A stretch of 64,000 bases of DNA, taken from contig DASYPP010000062.1 of assembly GCA_036006525.1 (NCBI GenBank), positions 10,958-74,957 on the forward strand. Reading direction: 5' to 3'. Source of the DNA: Gemmatimonadales bacterium. GTDB lineage: Bacteria > Gemmatimonadota > Gemmatimonadetes > Gemmatimonadales > GWC2-71-9. Below are positions 63,841-64,000 of the stretch, piece by piece. Each line of letters begins with the position of its first letter. Positions within the stretch are counted from its first letter, which is position 1. Made by a program: the position numbers and the translations under genes. Under the pieces are notes generated by a model. That model was not told the DNA's origin, did not search any database, and saw only the letters and a list, made by a program, of their open reading frames with translations.

Positions 63841-64000
63841 TGCGCTGGCGAGGATTGCAGGAGATCCAAGGGGGTGTCCATGTCCGGGTTGCGGCCGGCC
63901 ACGTCGATAGTAGTGACCAGCTCGGGATGCTCGCGAAAGATGGAGGCAAAGCCGGAGTCGCCGGCGAGTCGGGACACCAGCGGCCACAGGGTAGCGTCGA
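63837..64000 (-). CDS. C-terminal fragment of an unidentified protein (5' end lies right of the window)
   Basis: Not in the ORF track because it has no start in the window. The minus-strand frame is open from 63998 to TGA 63839-63837 and reads ...DATLWPLVSRLAGDSGFASIFREHPELVTTIDVAGRNPDMDTPLDLLQSSPAQ. The TGA overlaps the coxG-like ATG (ATGA). Confidence 0.45.
   Translation of the reverse strand, partial: DATLWPLVSRLAGDSGFASIFREHPELVTTIDVAGRNPDMDTPLDLLQSSPAQ

Noticed and set aside
1-64000. Genomic island, prophage or defence-island hypothesis for the window
   Set aside because: I recognise no integrase, transposase, phage structural gene, restriction-modification system, toxin-antitoxin pair or known defence gene. 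Composition is uniform apart from short AT-rich promoter-like gaps. Gene content is core metabolism, envelope and signalling.

Overview
High-G+C bacterial chromosomal segment (roughly two-thirds G+C by eye), almost fully coding. I call 61 protein-coding genes, two of them cut by the window edges. I found no rRNA, tRNA, CRISPR array, transposase, integrase or phage genes. The taxon cannot be fixed from sequence alone; the gene set fits an aerobic Gram-negative bacterium.

Gene content, left to right:
- Tail of a Bat/MoxR-type cluster (DUF4175-like, DUF4159).
- DUF4349 lipoprotein and a BI-1/YccA protein.
- A minus-strand operon running greA, orphan GroES-like gene, small membrane protein, Cys-containing unknown, TrxR-like flavoprotein, lysophospholipase-like hydrolase.
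- M23 peptidase, Xaa-Pro aminopeptidase, DinB.
- A caa3-type cytochrome oxidase operon, ctaCDEFG.
- A lipid-related block: FabI, a dienoyl-CoA-reductase-like SDR, a YbbA/YbbP-type ABC pair and a TesA-like SGNH hydrolase.
- OsmC and two hybrid histidine kinases.
- Two paralogous ECF sigma / anti-sigma / DUF4097 (Toastrack) modules, transcribed divergently from one PadR-controlled intergenic region.
- AI-2E, APC and EamA transporters with an Lrp regulator.
- An OmpA protein with thrombospondin-3 repeats.
- An alpha-2-macroglobulin (intact CTEQ thioester) with PBP1C.
- Three secreted hydrolases.
- CoxG/XdhC accessory genes at the right edge.

No gene cluster here looks like a new multi-gene system. 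The most unusual signal is non-coding. At least 11 intergenic hairpins have arms that are themselves tandem arrays of 7-10 nt units. Several single-arm arrays accompany them. Some units are shared between loci tens of kb apart, and many arrays start or end within 0-5 nt of a stop codon. One array upstream of the macroglobulin gene is direct-only and fits a G-quadruplex pattern. Stop-codon usage in my calls is unusually TAG-rich (24 TAG, 24 TGA, 13 TAA).

All family assignments come from motif recognition by eye. No database search was run.
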